Part shown: one piece after another, positions 13,043 through 24,291 of the stretch
Position numbering within the stretch: position 1 is the stretch's first letter
Layout: every line of letters starts with the position of its first letter
Assembly: GCA_951406725.2 (NCBI GenBank)
Contig: OX597819.1
Span: 5,394,001-5,458,000 of the forward strand
Source: Octopus vulgaris
Taxonomy: Eukaryota
Direction: 5' to 3'
Length of the DNA: 64,000 nt
Notes under the pieces: model-generated
Database searches by the model: none
What the model was told of the DNA's origin: nothing
Seen by the model: only the letters and a program-made list of their open reading frames with translations
Made by a program: the position numbers and the translations under genes

Positions 13043-13410
13043 AGGCAGCAAGCTGGCTGAATTGTTAGTATTGTCTTTATGTTCTGGGTTCAAATTCTAC
13101 CGAGGTTGACTTTGTCTTTCATCCTTTTGGGGTTGATAAATTAAGTTGATAATCAATGTGATCAACTTACCCCCTCCCCACAAATTTCAGGCCTTGTGAA
13201 AGAATTATTATTATTATTATTGGCAGAATCGTTAGCATGTCAGGCAAAATGCTTAGAGGTATTTTGCTAAGTTTCATGCTCTGAGTTCTAATTCTGCTAT
13301 GGTCAACTTTGCCTTTCATCCATTAAGTACCAGTTAAGTACTGGGGTCAAGGTAAATGACTAGTCCTCACCCCAAAATTTCAGACCTTGTGCTTTTAGTA
13401 GAAAAGATTA
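13041..13410 (+). mobile_element. Two tandem diverged SINE family C copies with (ATT)n tails
   Basis: ggcagcaagctggc..gttcaaattc..ctttcatcc core matches 40081-40316. Confidence 0.7.
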
Positions 13411-13429
13411 TTATTATTATTGATTTGAC

Positions 13430-14190
13430 TCTGGTTCATTCTTATTCCTTGTAAAATTTGTGAGGGTCGCAGGTTACTGCTTGTAACCTTGGGTAACCAC
13501 CAACTTACAAATAGTCTTTCAAGTCTTTCATTGTATTGAGGACTTCTCAGATAATTCTTGCTGATCCCCTAGTAGACATGTTTCTGCACTGTGCCTTCTC
13601 TCAGGCTAAGAGCAAGTTTTTCAAGGTTTATTCTCAAATTTTTTTGTTACTGTCCCCAAAGCTTAAAACAATTGGTATAATCATAAGCTTGTTAACTTCT
13701 CTGTTGAGGAGTTTAAATAGGTTTTTCTTTTGCCTTTCTTTTCTCTGGTGTCAAATGGGAATGCTATGTCAGTTGCAATACAGAGTTTCTTCTTGTCAAC
13801 TGCTACTATCTCTGGTCTATTGTGCTATATCTTTTTTTTTTTGGTTTCTATAGTAAAGTGCACGACCTCACTTCATCAATTTTGCATTTCTATCCTTAAA
13901 TCCTTAAAAATGTTTTAGCCCAAAGGCCGCGGCCATGCTGGGGCACCACCGCTGTTTTTCTCTCTCTCTTTTATATTCACAAAATGGTTATATTTTTTTT
14001 TCCTGAGCATGCAAGACCAAATTTCTTGCGAGAGTTTCATTTTATTATTGCAGCAATTGTATGTCTATGCTTTTTGTATTCATTCTAAGCTAATTGAATA
14101 TTCCAATAGGATGTGAGCTATGATCTCGTCTGAATCATTGCACATTCTGCATCTGGATGAGGAGTCTTGTTCATCTAATTTACCCTTAGA
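13430..14190 (-). mobile_element. Second decayed R4/Dong-like fragment
   Basis: Minus strand reads SSRCRMCNDSDEIIAHIL (CCHC-knuckle region) followed by RLE-like remnants. Adjacent to (ATT)n. Confidence 0.55.
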
Positions 14191-15027
14191 GATTGTTCCA
14201 CAACAATATGAATTATGAATTAGCGTGTTGAAATGTTTTTAAGGATTAGAAACCTTTGGAATAAAAGAAGTTGTTTTATACAAATAATGAAATTTCTTCA
14301 TTAGAATTTTATTTGTAAACATTTACTACCTGCATTAATTTCTGTAGTATGAAATGTTTCCAATCATTTTTACATCTATATTTTCCTCCCTAGAAGTCTT
14401 CTTTTTAAATGGATAAAAATATGTTGAAAACTTTCATTTTTCCTGTTGCCTTTGTTAAAGTTATATAACATACATAACTTATTGCTATTTAGTGTTAGGA
14501 AAAAAAAAAGGTGATAATATAGATGTAGGGTGGTGTCGGGAAGAGAACTGAAGTTTTAATCTATTATTTCACATTCAGATCTTGGGTCTCAAAAACATAT
14601 GCTTTCAAGTGAAAATAGCTTTTTCTGAAATTACCTTTAATGCTTCTGTGGTGAGCCGTTAAGTGATATCTGTATTGTTAAATGTGGTTTATAAACGTGT
14701 CTTAAGAGTTATCTCCCCTAGCTATGTAAACTTGCCTAGGCTAATCTGTGGAATTAAACCTCATAATTAGCCTGCAAGTTTTTGAAATGAGTTTCCTTGA
14801 AGCGACCTGATATAAACCAGTTATACGTTAGAAGCAAGAAGATCGTGTTACATAATGAATACAGAATTGTCAGCCAGGCATGGTCAAATGGTTTAGAAAT
14901 TTGCATCTCATGAATTATTGCTAATTCAATGAGCAGTTAAGTCAAAGTTGCTCAAACAAGTGAATATCACTTATTGTTGAAACCAACAGAAATCAATTAC
15001 TAATGCATATAAATAAAATTTATATAA

Positions 15028-15440
15028 GGCGCAGGAGTGGCTGTGTGGTAAGTAGCTTGCTAACCAACCACATAGTTCCAGGTTCAATCCCACTGCGTGG
15101 CATCTTGGGCAAATGTCTTCTGCTATAGCCTCGGGCCGAACAATGCCTTGTGAGTGTATTTGGTAGGTGGAAACTGAAAGAAGCCTGTCGTATATATGTA
15201 TATATATGTATATGTGTGTGTGTGTGTGTGTTTGTGTGTCTGTGTTTGTCCCCCTAGCATTGCTTGACAACCGATGCTGGTGTGCTTACGTTCCCGTCAC
15301 TTAGCGGTTTGGCAAAAGAGACCGATAGAATAAGTACTGGGCTTAAAAAGAATAAGCCCCGGGGTCGATTTGCTCGATTAAAGGCGGTGCTCCAGCATGG
15401 CCGCAGTCAAATGACTGAAACAAGTAAAAGAGTAAAAAGT
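15028..15440 (+). mobile_element. tRNA-derived SINE family B (CORE-like, internal (TA)n(TG)n)
   Basis: ggcgcaggagtggctgtgtggtaag head, ggttcaatcc B-box, cttgggcaa core, (gtaaaaga)n tail. More than 10 copies in the window. Confidence 0.9.
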
Positions 15441-15579
15441 AATACACATAAATAAATATTCTCTGCATATAGCTCAGAATGGAGACTTAACGTTTCCTAG
15501 TACATTTCTCAGCATTTTGGTGCAGTGCTGATTCCATAACCATAATTATCTCTAAAAAAAAAAAAAGATCCAGTCCAAT

Positions 15580-16125
<546 letters not shown>

Positions 16126-16809
16126 GTGATACAATTCACCTGTGACCAATTTGTTTTTAAAAAGAAGACACATTACATGATCCAATTCTAAAATCCATCA
16201 AATAGACTGGATGGCCATGGTTTGAATGTCTTTGATCATAAATCTATTTAAACAGAGTTTATTTGGAAACCAACAGCAACTCATCACTTCAGCCAACAAG
16301 TGAGTCTGCTAGAAATAGTAAGCAAGCCTCCTTTAAAGTCACACTCTACTATCTTAAAAAATGAAGGCTACATTGGATAATATGATCCAGATTTCCTGGA
16401 TTGCCTCTGATCATATAATATGCCCAGGGCTCAGGGCTCAGAACCTGAATATTACCTGGATTGAAGTGGTGCGGGCTCACAGTGAGGCAACAAAATGTGT
16501 TTGTTTGGATGCTGGCGATTTTGCAGGGCTGATGGGATGCAGAAAAAGCATTTTTTGGATAACACTTTTTGGCACTGGAGGCAAACATATATACACATGC
16601 ATGCACATGCAGAAACATACACTTGACAGATAGCAGCGAGTGAGAGAGAGAGAGACATTACAATTCATGAATTGAACACAATTCTCATAGCACTTTTCCC
16701 TCTTCTCATACATATACACACAGAATTATTCTCACACACAGAGAGATAGATAGACAGACAGACAGACATACATACATACATACATACATACAGACAGACA
16801 GACAGATAG

Positions 16810-16849
<40 letters not shown>

Positions 16850-17006
16850 CATTAAAACGTCTGATGACAATTCAGTGTTGAATCAGTGATATCAAATCTT
16901 ATCCCCATTTGGGTTTCATGTAGTTGACTTTGCCCCAGAATTTCATAACCAACTTTTGGGTTTGGAAAATCTCTTACAACAGCAAAAACTTTTGCAAACC
17001 CAGTAA

Positions 17007-17402
17007 TCTTTATATATAAAAGAGAGGTTGTGTGCTGTCTGTCTCCTACGATTTAGATTCCTAACTACTCCCACATTTTGCGGTGCAGTTTAACCAAAAC
17101 CGGGTATCTTGTAGTCGTGATTCATATCGAGCCCTTCTGGGTATTAGCGCGCGTCTACGATGAGTCTACGATTTTAAAAATAATTTACCATCAATTTTTT
17201 CCCATTTTTAATGCATTTTTGGCATATATAAGGGAAGTAACTCTCTAAAAATTTATTATTAAATCTCAGAACGTAAAAAGCTACAGTAACCCCCCCCTTT
17301 GTGGTTAGCCATATTGAGATGGCTATTATACTTTACATCTCTAAAAATGCTTATATAGTTATTTCCCTTACAAACCCGAGCAACGCCGGGCGATACTGCT
17401 AG
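17007..17402 (+). mobile_element. Non-autonomous Helitron (subfamily A)
   Basis: A|TC start, 3' hairpin, CTAG|T end. Confidence 0.85.
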
Positions 17403-17489
17403 TTAGTTATAAGGCTTTTTCAAATTATTGTACTTAACATACAGATGGTACATACTAGTTCATCCTTGAGGTAAGTTCTGTCGAGGAAA

Positions 17490-17960
17490 AGTACTCACCA
17501 ACGACTTCAAAATATGCTTGAGGACCTATATAGTATACGAAGTAGTTTGCAGTAAATGTGGAGCTTCCTACACAGGGAGCACTACTAGGAAACTACACAT
17601 CTGTATAAAGGAGCAAGAACACTTCAATAAAGAAACACCTTAGGAAGTACCAAACCCAGGATTTTGAAAGTTCCATTAAGGTAACCCAGTGCAACAGGGG
17701 CAATTGGCAGAATTATGGAAGCCTTCTAGCCATGAACAACAGGAAGGAACTACATAAAGCAGACTGGCTGCTAAAGCAACACCAGACTGTGCATGTCACC
17801 TTCCCCCTCCCCCTTTCCAACTACTGCTTTTTCCAAATGTCCTGAAGAAGGGCTCTTTATCCCAAAATATAGAAATACAAGGTAAAACAGTAACTTTCTG
17901 TTTATTTTTTCTTTTGTAGTTTACTTTGTACCTTCTCACATTGTTCCCGCCTTAAACAAC
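17490..17960 (+). mobile_element. Penelope-like retroelement remnant (GIY-YIG endonuclease + hammerhead relic)
   Basis: 17527 onward translates YIVYEVVCSKCGASYTGSTTRKLHICIKE (PLE-type GIY-YIG with CxxC). ctgaaga-aggg..ccc-aaaa-tata at 17842-17871. Confidence 0.7.
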
Positions 17961-18103
17961 AACCTTCTTTAAAGATATTTTAATTAAATTGTTTCTGATT
18001 AATCATTCTTTCATGAATACTGGTACCCTTTGAATAATGTTTTGTAATGTATCGTTTTTATTTCAGTTACTTCACCAATGGAAGATTTTATTTAATTTAT
18101 TGA

Positions 18104-19430
18104 ACTCCGTCACTTTCCAGGGGGAAAAATTAGAAGTAGTTGATAGCTTCCGTTATCTAGGTGACCAAGTCAGTAGTGGGGGTGGGTGCGCTGAGAGTGT
18201 AACTGCTAGAATAAGAATAGCCTGGGCAAAGTTTAGGGAGCTCTTACCTCTGCTGGTGACTAAAGGCCTCTCGCTCAGAGTAAAGGGCAGACTGTATGAT
18301 GCATGTATTCGAACTGCCATGCTACATGGCAGTGAAACATGGGCCGTGACTGCTGAGGACATGCGTAAGCTCATGAGGAATGAAGCCAGTATGCTCCGAT
18401 GGATGTGTAATGTCAGTGTACTTACTCGACAGAGTGTTAGTTCCCTAAGAGAAATGTTGTACCTAAGAAGCATCAGTTGTTGCGTGCAAGAGAGACGATT
18501 GCGATGGTATGGTCATGTGGCGAGAATGGATGAAGATAGGTGTGTGAGAAAGTGCCAATCCCTAGCAGTTGAGGGAACCCGTGGAAGAGGTAGACCCAGG
18601 AAAACCTGGGACGAGGTGGTGAAGCACGACCTTCGAACGTTAGGTCTCACCATGGAAATGACTAGAGACCGAGACCTATGGAAGTATGCTGTGCATGAGA
18701 AGACCCGGCAAAACTAGTGAAGCCATAACCCGTGGCCCCTACCTGGGACGTAGTCAGTCCGCCTGTGCATACCTTCCTGCTTGTGACACTTGTGAAGACC
18801 TGTTGAGGGAAATCAAATCAAAGTCAAATCGAATCAGGTCAAACAAAATCAAAATAGATGAACATCAATGGAATTTGTATCCTTGTGGTACCAGTGCCGG
18901 CGGCACATAAGAAAACCATCTGAACGGGACCGTAGCCAGTACCGCAAACACCGTCCGAGCATGGCCGTCTGCCAGCCTCGCTGGCACCTGTGTCGGTGGC
19001 ACATAAAAACACCATCGTCTGCCAGCCTCGTCTGGCACCTGTGTCGGTGGCACATAAAAACACCATCCGAGCGTGGCGTGCCAGGCCGTCTGGCCAGCCT
19101 CGTCTGGCACCTGTGTCGGTGGCACATAAAAACACCATCCGAGCGTGGCCGTTCGCCAGCCTCGTCTGGCACCTGTGTCGGTGGCACATAAAAACACCAT
19201 CCGAGCGTGGCCGTTCGCCAGCCTCGTCTGGCACCTGTGTCGGTGGCACATAAAATCACCCACTACACTCTCGGAGTGGTTGGCGTTAGGAAGGGCATCC
19301 AGCTGTAGAAACATTGCCAGATCTGACTGGCCTGGTGCAGCCTTCGGGCTCCCCAGACCCCAGTTGAACCGTCCAACCCATGCTAGCATGGAAAGCGGAC
19401 GTTAAACGACGATGATGATGATGATGATGA
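18104..19430 (+). mobile_element. RTE-clade LINE, 5'-truncated (RT C-terminus + 3' UTR)
   Basis: FRYLG, AMLHGSETW, RRLRWYGHV and RGRPRKTW motifs. Stop at 18717. ~60 bp tandem repeats in the UTR. (GAT)n tail. Confidence 0.92.
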
Positions 19431-19825
19431 TTACTCTTTTACTCTTTTACTTGTTTCAGTCATTTGACTGTGGCCATGCTGGAGCACCGCCTTTAGTTGA
19501 GCAAATCGACCCCGGGACTTATTCTTTGTAAGCCCAGTACTTATTCTATCAGTCTCTTTTGCCGAACCGCTAAGTGACGGGGACGTAAACACACCAGCAT
19601 TGGTTGTCAAGCAATGCTAGGGGGACAAACACAGGCACACACACACATACATATATATACATATATACGACAGGCTTCTTTCAGTTTCCGTCTACCAAAT
19701 CCACTCACAAGGCATTGGTCAGCCCGGGGCTATAGTAGAAGACACTTGCCCAAGATGCCACACAGTGGGACTGAACCTGGAACCATGTGGTTGGTTAGCA
19801 AGCTACTTACCACACAGCCACTCAT
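19431..19825 (-). mobile_element. SINE family B
   Basis: Reverse complement of 15028-15440, tail-to-tail with the RTE copy. Confidence 0.9.
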
Positions 19826-20116
19826 TTCCTTTCATTGAGCATGTGCATTTGTAATTTATGCAGGTGATTTTCAGGATAAAAATTGTTAAAAAAAGCTTAT
19901 ACTCATGTAAAATTTGCTCCCCAAAGTTTTCAGAATTGCCAATATGGCCAGGGGAAAAAGGTTTCCAATTTAGTTGTATTTAGCATAATTTCACTTACTT
20001 AACAGGTATCACATTAAAAGCTATAAATTACAAAGTGTTTGCATTGTCTTCTATATAAATAAAATCTGTTTCCGTGGACTGGCAGATGTCAGTCCACTTT
20101 ACTCACTTGCTATACC

Positions 20117-20348
20117 TATTTCTTTATTGCTCACAAGGGGCTAAACATAGAGGAGACAAACAAGGACAGACATAGGTATTAAGTCGATTACATTGACCCC
20201 AGTGCGTAGCTGGTACTTAATTTATTGACCCCGAAAGGACGAAAGGTAAAGTCGACCTCGGCGGAATTTGAACTCACAACGTAACGGCAGACGAAATACC
20301 GCTAAGCATTTCGCCCAGCGCGCTAACGTTTCTGCCAGCTCGCCGCCT
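20117..20348 (-). mobile_element. SINE family C (Meta-domain-like)
   Basis: ggcggcgagctggcagaaacg head, gagttcaaattcc B-box, central ctttcgtcctttcggggtcaataaattaagtacc. tatacc repeated at both flanks. Confidence 0.85.
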
Positions 20349-20585
20349 TATACCCTCCATTTCCCTCAACATTGGCATCCCAATGAAAATATGTAAACGA
20401 AAAATATGACACTGTCTGCTGGTATCTGTGTATGTGTGTGCATATGTGTAACTGTATGAGACTGTGTGTTTGTATGTCTCTATGTAACTGTGTGAGGTTA
20501 ACTGGAAATAACTGAAGTATTATTTCACAAATTGTGAGCAGACAATAGCTGTATATATACACATATATATATATATATGTATATA

Positions 20586-20780
20586 GTTAATCCAAACAAG
20601 AAAGCACAATAAAACACAACAACGCGAGGACGTGGAACAAATATAGTATTATTGGACGCTCAGGAAAGAAGGGAAGAAGGAGGGTTTAACGTTTCGAGCG
20701 GAGCTCTTCGTCGGAAACATAGGAGAAGGAAAGACAGAGGAAAAAAAATCGCCAACGGTACACATGAGGTCACATTTTAA
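20586..20780 (-). mobile_element. PLE-like solo terminal repeat with minimal hammerhead-like motif, inserted in (TA)n
   Basis: Minus strand gttt-ccgacga-agagc-tcc-gctc-gaaa-cgtta-aac at 20684-20718. Confidence 0.5.
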
Positions 20781-20936
20781 ATGTATATCTATTATACATT
20801 AATGTACATATATGTGTATATATGTGTGTGTGTGTGTATGTATACATACATGTGTGTATATATATATATTTCTATATACACGAGTATATATATATATATA
20901 TGTGTATATACATGTGTGCTTCTCTTTCTCTCTCTG

Positions 20937-21260
20937 TCTGGCCCCGTGTCGGTGGCACGTAAAAGCACCATCCGTTCGTGTCCGTTGCCAGCATTGCCTG
21001 GCCCCGTGCCGGTGACACGTAAAAACACCATCCGGTCATGGCCGTTCGCCAGCTCTGTCTGGCACCTGTCCAGGTGGCACGTAAAAAACACCCACTACAC
21101 TCATGGAGTGGTTGGCGTTAGGAAGGGCATCCAGCCGTAGAAACACTGCCAAATCTGACTGGGTCTGATGAAGCCTTCCGGCTTCACAGACCCCAGTTAA
21201 ACCGTCCAACCCATGCTAGCATGGAAAACGGACGCTAAATGATGATGATGATGATGATGA
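20937..21260 (+). mobile_element. RTE LINE 3' UTR fragment
   Basis: Matches 19140-19430. (GAT)n tail. Confidence 0.85.
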
Positions 21261-21355
21261 TACACTCATAGACGTATGTACACAGGAAAAGTTGTTAAGA
21301 ATTGTCAACAAAATAAAACAAAGCTGATAAATATGCACAGGTTTTGTAAATTAAG

Positions 21356-21361
21356 TTTATT
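21356..21361 (-). terminator. Candidate poly(A) signal of the minus-strand gene
   Basis: AATAAA on - followed by a T/GT-rich downstream element, ~1.15 kb after the stop at 22516. Confidence 0.4.
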
Positions 21362-21694
21362 AACATCAGTTGGGACGACTCTTTAGTCATCCAAGTAAAA
21401 TATGCAAATTTTGGCCACGGCCATGATTGCCAATGTGTAAGTCAGACTTCAAAAAGTAGTTAACCATTTAATGATTTTAATGATTTTAGAAAAAGTAAGC
21501 ATTACACCGTCCAGCATAAATAAAAGTCAACTTCAATTTATCTAAGTTCATCAAATGAGTCAACTTATATTTTGTACATCTTTTTCAACAAAAAAAAAAT
21601 TCTGGAAATGATCGACTCATGTAATTTACACCCTCTTTAAAGTTTATTTTTATATTTATGAAAAAAGTGCATAAATTATTACATGGGTTTTTAC

Positions 21695-21741
<47 letters not shown>

Positions 21742-22073
21742 GAGTGTAGTTTTTTGCCTTGTTAACAATTAACACGGTAAAAATATAATGTTTCTTCAAA
21801 CAATATTAACAGTGTTCAGTAAATCACTATGCATATCCACATATCCATCATTTTTTGTTAAAATGTCTTATTGATGAGTTTTTCGTTTTTTTCACTTTCC
21901 CGAAGAGAAGACTGCATTGTTTTATACCATTTATTCTTTTGAATAATATCAGTGAAATCTTTGAAGCATGTGTCGAAAGTAAAAGTATTTCATTTATACC
22001 TGCTTTAAACTCCATTTATTTATTTATATATATACATACATACATATATACTTACATACATACATACATATAT

Positions 22074-22202
<129 letters not shown>

Positions 22203-22515
22203 CTTATATGCTCAAATGGTACTGCTTTGGCTCAGATTTATCATTCATCTAGAATATTATCATAGCCTTGTCTTCACTTATTCCACTATTCTTAATACCA
22301 CATTTATCACCTGTTGATAATAAACCCAGTGTAGACCTCAGACCAGTAACCATTTCAGTGGATATGTACACATTTCAAAAATAACAAATGATGATGACCG
22401 GTGATCAGGCATAAAATATAAAAAAAAAATTCCTTGTTCTCTTCAATAGTTTCGAATTTGGGGATCCATATCCTCCATAATTTAAGTTCTCTGAATATAA
22501 GGAATGTGGGCTCTA

Positions 22516-22595
22516 TCAGTTGTATAGAGCAAAGAAAGCTAAGACAGATAAGCTGGACATTACAATTGGGACAATGATCAATGCGTATGTTCTGC
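22516..22595 (-). CDS. Putative GPI-anchored/secreted protein, terminal coding exon
   Basis: tttttttttacttgcag acceptor, phase 1. (S)RTYALIIVPIVMSSLSVLAFFALYN* is a hydrophobic C-terminus with no cytoplasmic tail. Confidence 0.8.
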
Positions 22596-22904
22596 CTGCA
22601 AGTAAAAAAAAAAACTTTTGTTAATAACATGAATAAAAAAATAAAGAAAAAATAAAGACAATAATGTAAAACAATTTGCTGTAAATTTGGGATGAAAATC
22701 AGTTTTGTATTAAATATTTTTTGTAGTCTGTTTTATAAGATGTCTAATGAAATTTAATTGGGTGAAATGGAATGTGGATAATAAAGAGACAAGGTGTAAA
22801 TAAGTAAGTATAGCAATGGATATAGAAATATGTGATGGATAGCTATGAGATGGGAGGCTGTGGCTTGATGTGTGCAAGCACATCAAGTTCTTTGTTGGAA
22901 ACAT

Positions 22905-23138
22905 GATTGTACTATCGAAGGGGAGGGGCTTTCTCCGTCCAGGTTGCGGATCCGTGGAATAAGCTGCCGGACGAGATGGTGAAGATGCCAATGACCGCTC
23001 AGTTCAAAGTCTCCCTTGACCTCAAGTGGCCTGAACTCTTTACATGTATACCACCCTGTACATAACTCCATGTCCCCCTACATGGCCTTGCTTTTTTTGC
23101 TTTTTGAGCCAAAAAATTAACTAACTAACTAACTAACT
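22905..23138 (+). mobile_element. CR1/L2-type LINE 3' end
   Basis: AFSVQVADPWNKLPDEMV..FKVSLD. (TAAC)n tail. Confidence 0.75.
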
Positions 23139-23218
23139 ATCTGATGTGATTGATGGTTGTCAAGGCTCTGCTATCGAAGTTGTTGATCCTCTTTACCAGG
23201 TCTTTGAGAGGGAACATG

Positions 23219-23493
23219 TGTGGTGTGGTGATGAAGGAGTGTGACGGGACGGGCGGGAGCGGAAGTGATGCTTACAGGTCTTGCAGGGTGCATGCGCCGG
23301 CGGAAGCGGAAGCGACAGACTCAACGCACGTGCGGCATCGACCGGCTGCGAGAGACCCCAGCAAGGCACTGAGACGACAACACGCGAGCAAGTTGGCTGA
23401 AGGCCATCCGACTTCATCCCCTGTCAGGTAAGACCTTATTGCACTTCTGTTTCCTATTTCCTTGTTTCCGTTGTGCTCCTTTCATCAACCACA
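23219..23493 (+). repeat. 5' LTR
   Basis: Differs from 27191-27465 at 3 positions. Confidence 0.97.
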
Positions 23494-23505
23494 AGCTATT
23501 TCGGC
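23494..23505 (+). promoter_or_regulatory. Putative non-canonical primer-binding site complementary to tRNA-Phe 5' end
   Basis: AGCTATTTCGGC is the reverse complement of GCCGAAATAGCT (nt 1-12 of human/Drosophila tRNA-Phe-GAA, recalled). No TGG-type PBS is present. Confidence 0.6.
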
Positions 23506-23537
23506 ATTTAGTCAGCGTTCACATTTTTTTCAACACG

Positions 23538-24287
23538 ATGTCGGCAAAAATTAGGATCGCCAGTGACGTCGTCAGACCTTTTAACGGCGAAGGCGATGTA
23601 GTGGCCTGGATTCAGAAAATCAGGCTGGTGGCGAGACTGCAGGGCATAAGCGACGTGGCGAGTCTTATGGCCCTGTATTTGGAAGGAAGTGCGTTGTCGC
23701 TCTACCTAGAAATGGACGAAAAAGAACGGCTCTGCGATGGGAATATAGAGCGGCGCTTGTGTGACGCATACACAGCTTTCGCTAAGCTGGGTGCAATCAG
23801 GTGGACGGGAGGCCAGGTGGATGATTTTGCGGCGGAAGCTAGAAGGCTAGCGACTCTGGCCGGGTTTGCCGGAGAAGGACTGGAGAGAGCAGCCCGACTG
23901 GCATTCGTAAATGGCTTCCCCGATGACGTAGGGATTCACCTACAACAACTGCCCGGGGTCAAAAAGATGCCATTGAGCGAGCTTGTAACTCATGCTCGCG
24001 GGTTGACGAGACACTCGGGGTGGAAGGGGATAGCGATGGCGGTGACGGAGGCGCGTAAAGACGGACGACGTCCCGAGAAAGAGGTACGGAAGCCCACCGT
24101 GCAACGAGAGCGGCCGTTCTCAGGACGATGTTTTAAATGCCAGGGACCGCACATGGCGCGGGACTGTACGCAGCTGGGGCCAGTTTGCTATCGATGCAGG
24201 CAGACAGGGCACATTGCCCGTGATTGCGGCCAGGGAAACGACCGCGGGGAAGTTGCTGCCTCTCGAACTTTCCCCTCAAACGAGTAG
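23538..24287 (+). CDS. gag: Gag (two CCHC zinc knuckles)
   Basis: ATG at 23538. PFNGEGDVVAW motif. CFKCQGPHMARDC and CYRCRQTGHIARDC knuckles. Confidence 0.9.
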   Translation: MSAKIRIASDVVRPFNGEGDVVAWIQKIRLVARLQGISDVASLMALYLEGSALSLYLEMDEKERLCDGNIERRLCDAYTAFAKLGAIRWTGGQVDDFAAEARRLATLAGFAGEGLERAARLAFVNGFPDDVGIHLQQLPGVKKMPLSELVTHARGLTRHSGWKGIAMAVTEARKDGRRPEKEVRKPTVQRERPFSGRCFKCQGPHMARDCTQLGPVCYRCRQTGHIARDCGQGNDRGEVAASRTFPSNE

Positions 24288-24291
24288 AGGC
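24233..24291 (+). promoter_or_regulatory. -1 programmed ribosomal frameshift signal (G GGA AAC + pseudoknot)
   Basis: Slippery heptamer in the gag frame, 6 nt spacer, stem 1 24246-24254/24266-24275, stem 2 gcctct 24258-24263 / agaggc 24286-24291. Pol lies in the -1 frame. Confidence 0.85.

Noticed and set aside
16361-16633. 90 aa ORF in relatively GC-rich unique sequence
   Set aside because: No recognisable motif or convincing splice sites, and it starts inside an old repeat.
18880-19262. Possible CRISPR-like array
   Set aside because: Head-to-tail repeats with no unique spacers, inside a eukaryotic LINE 3' UTR, and no cas genes.
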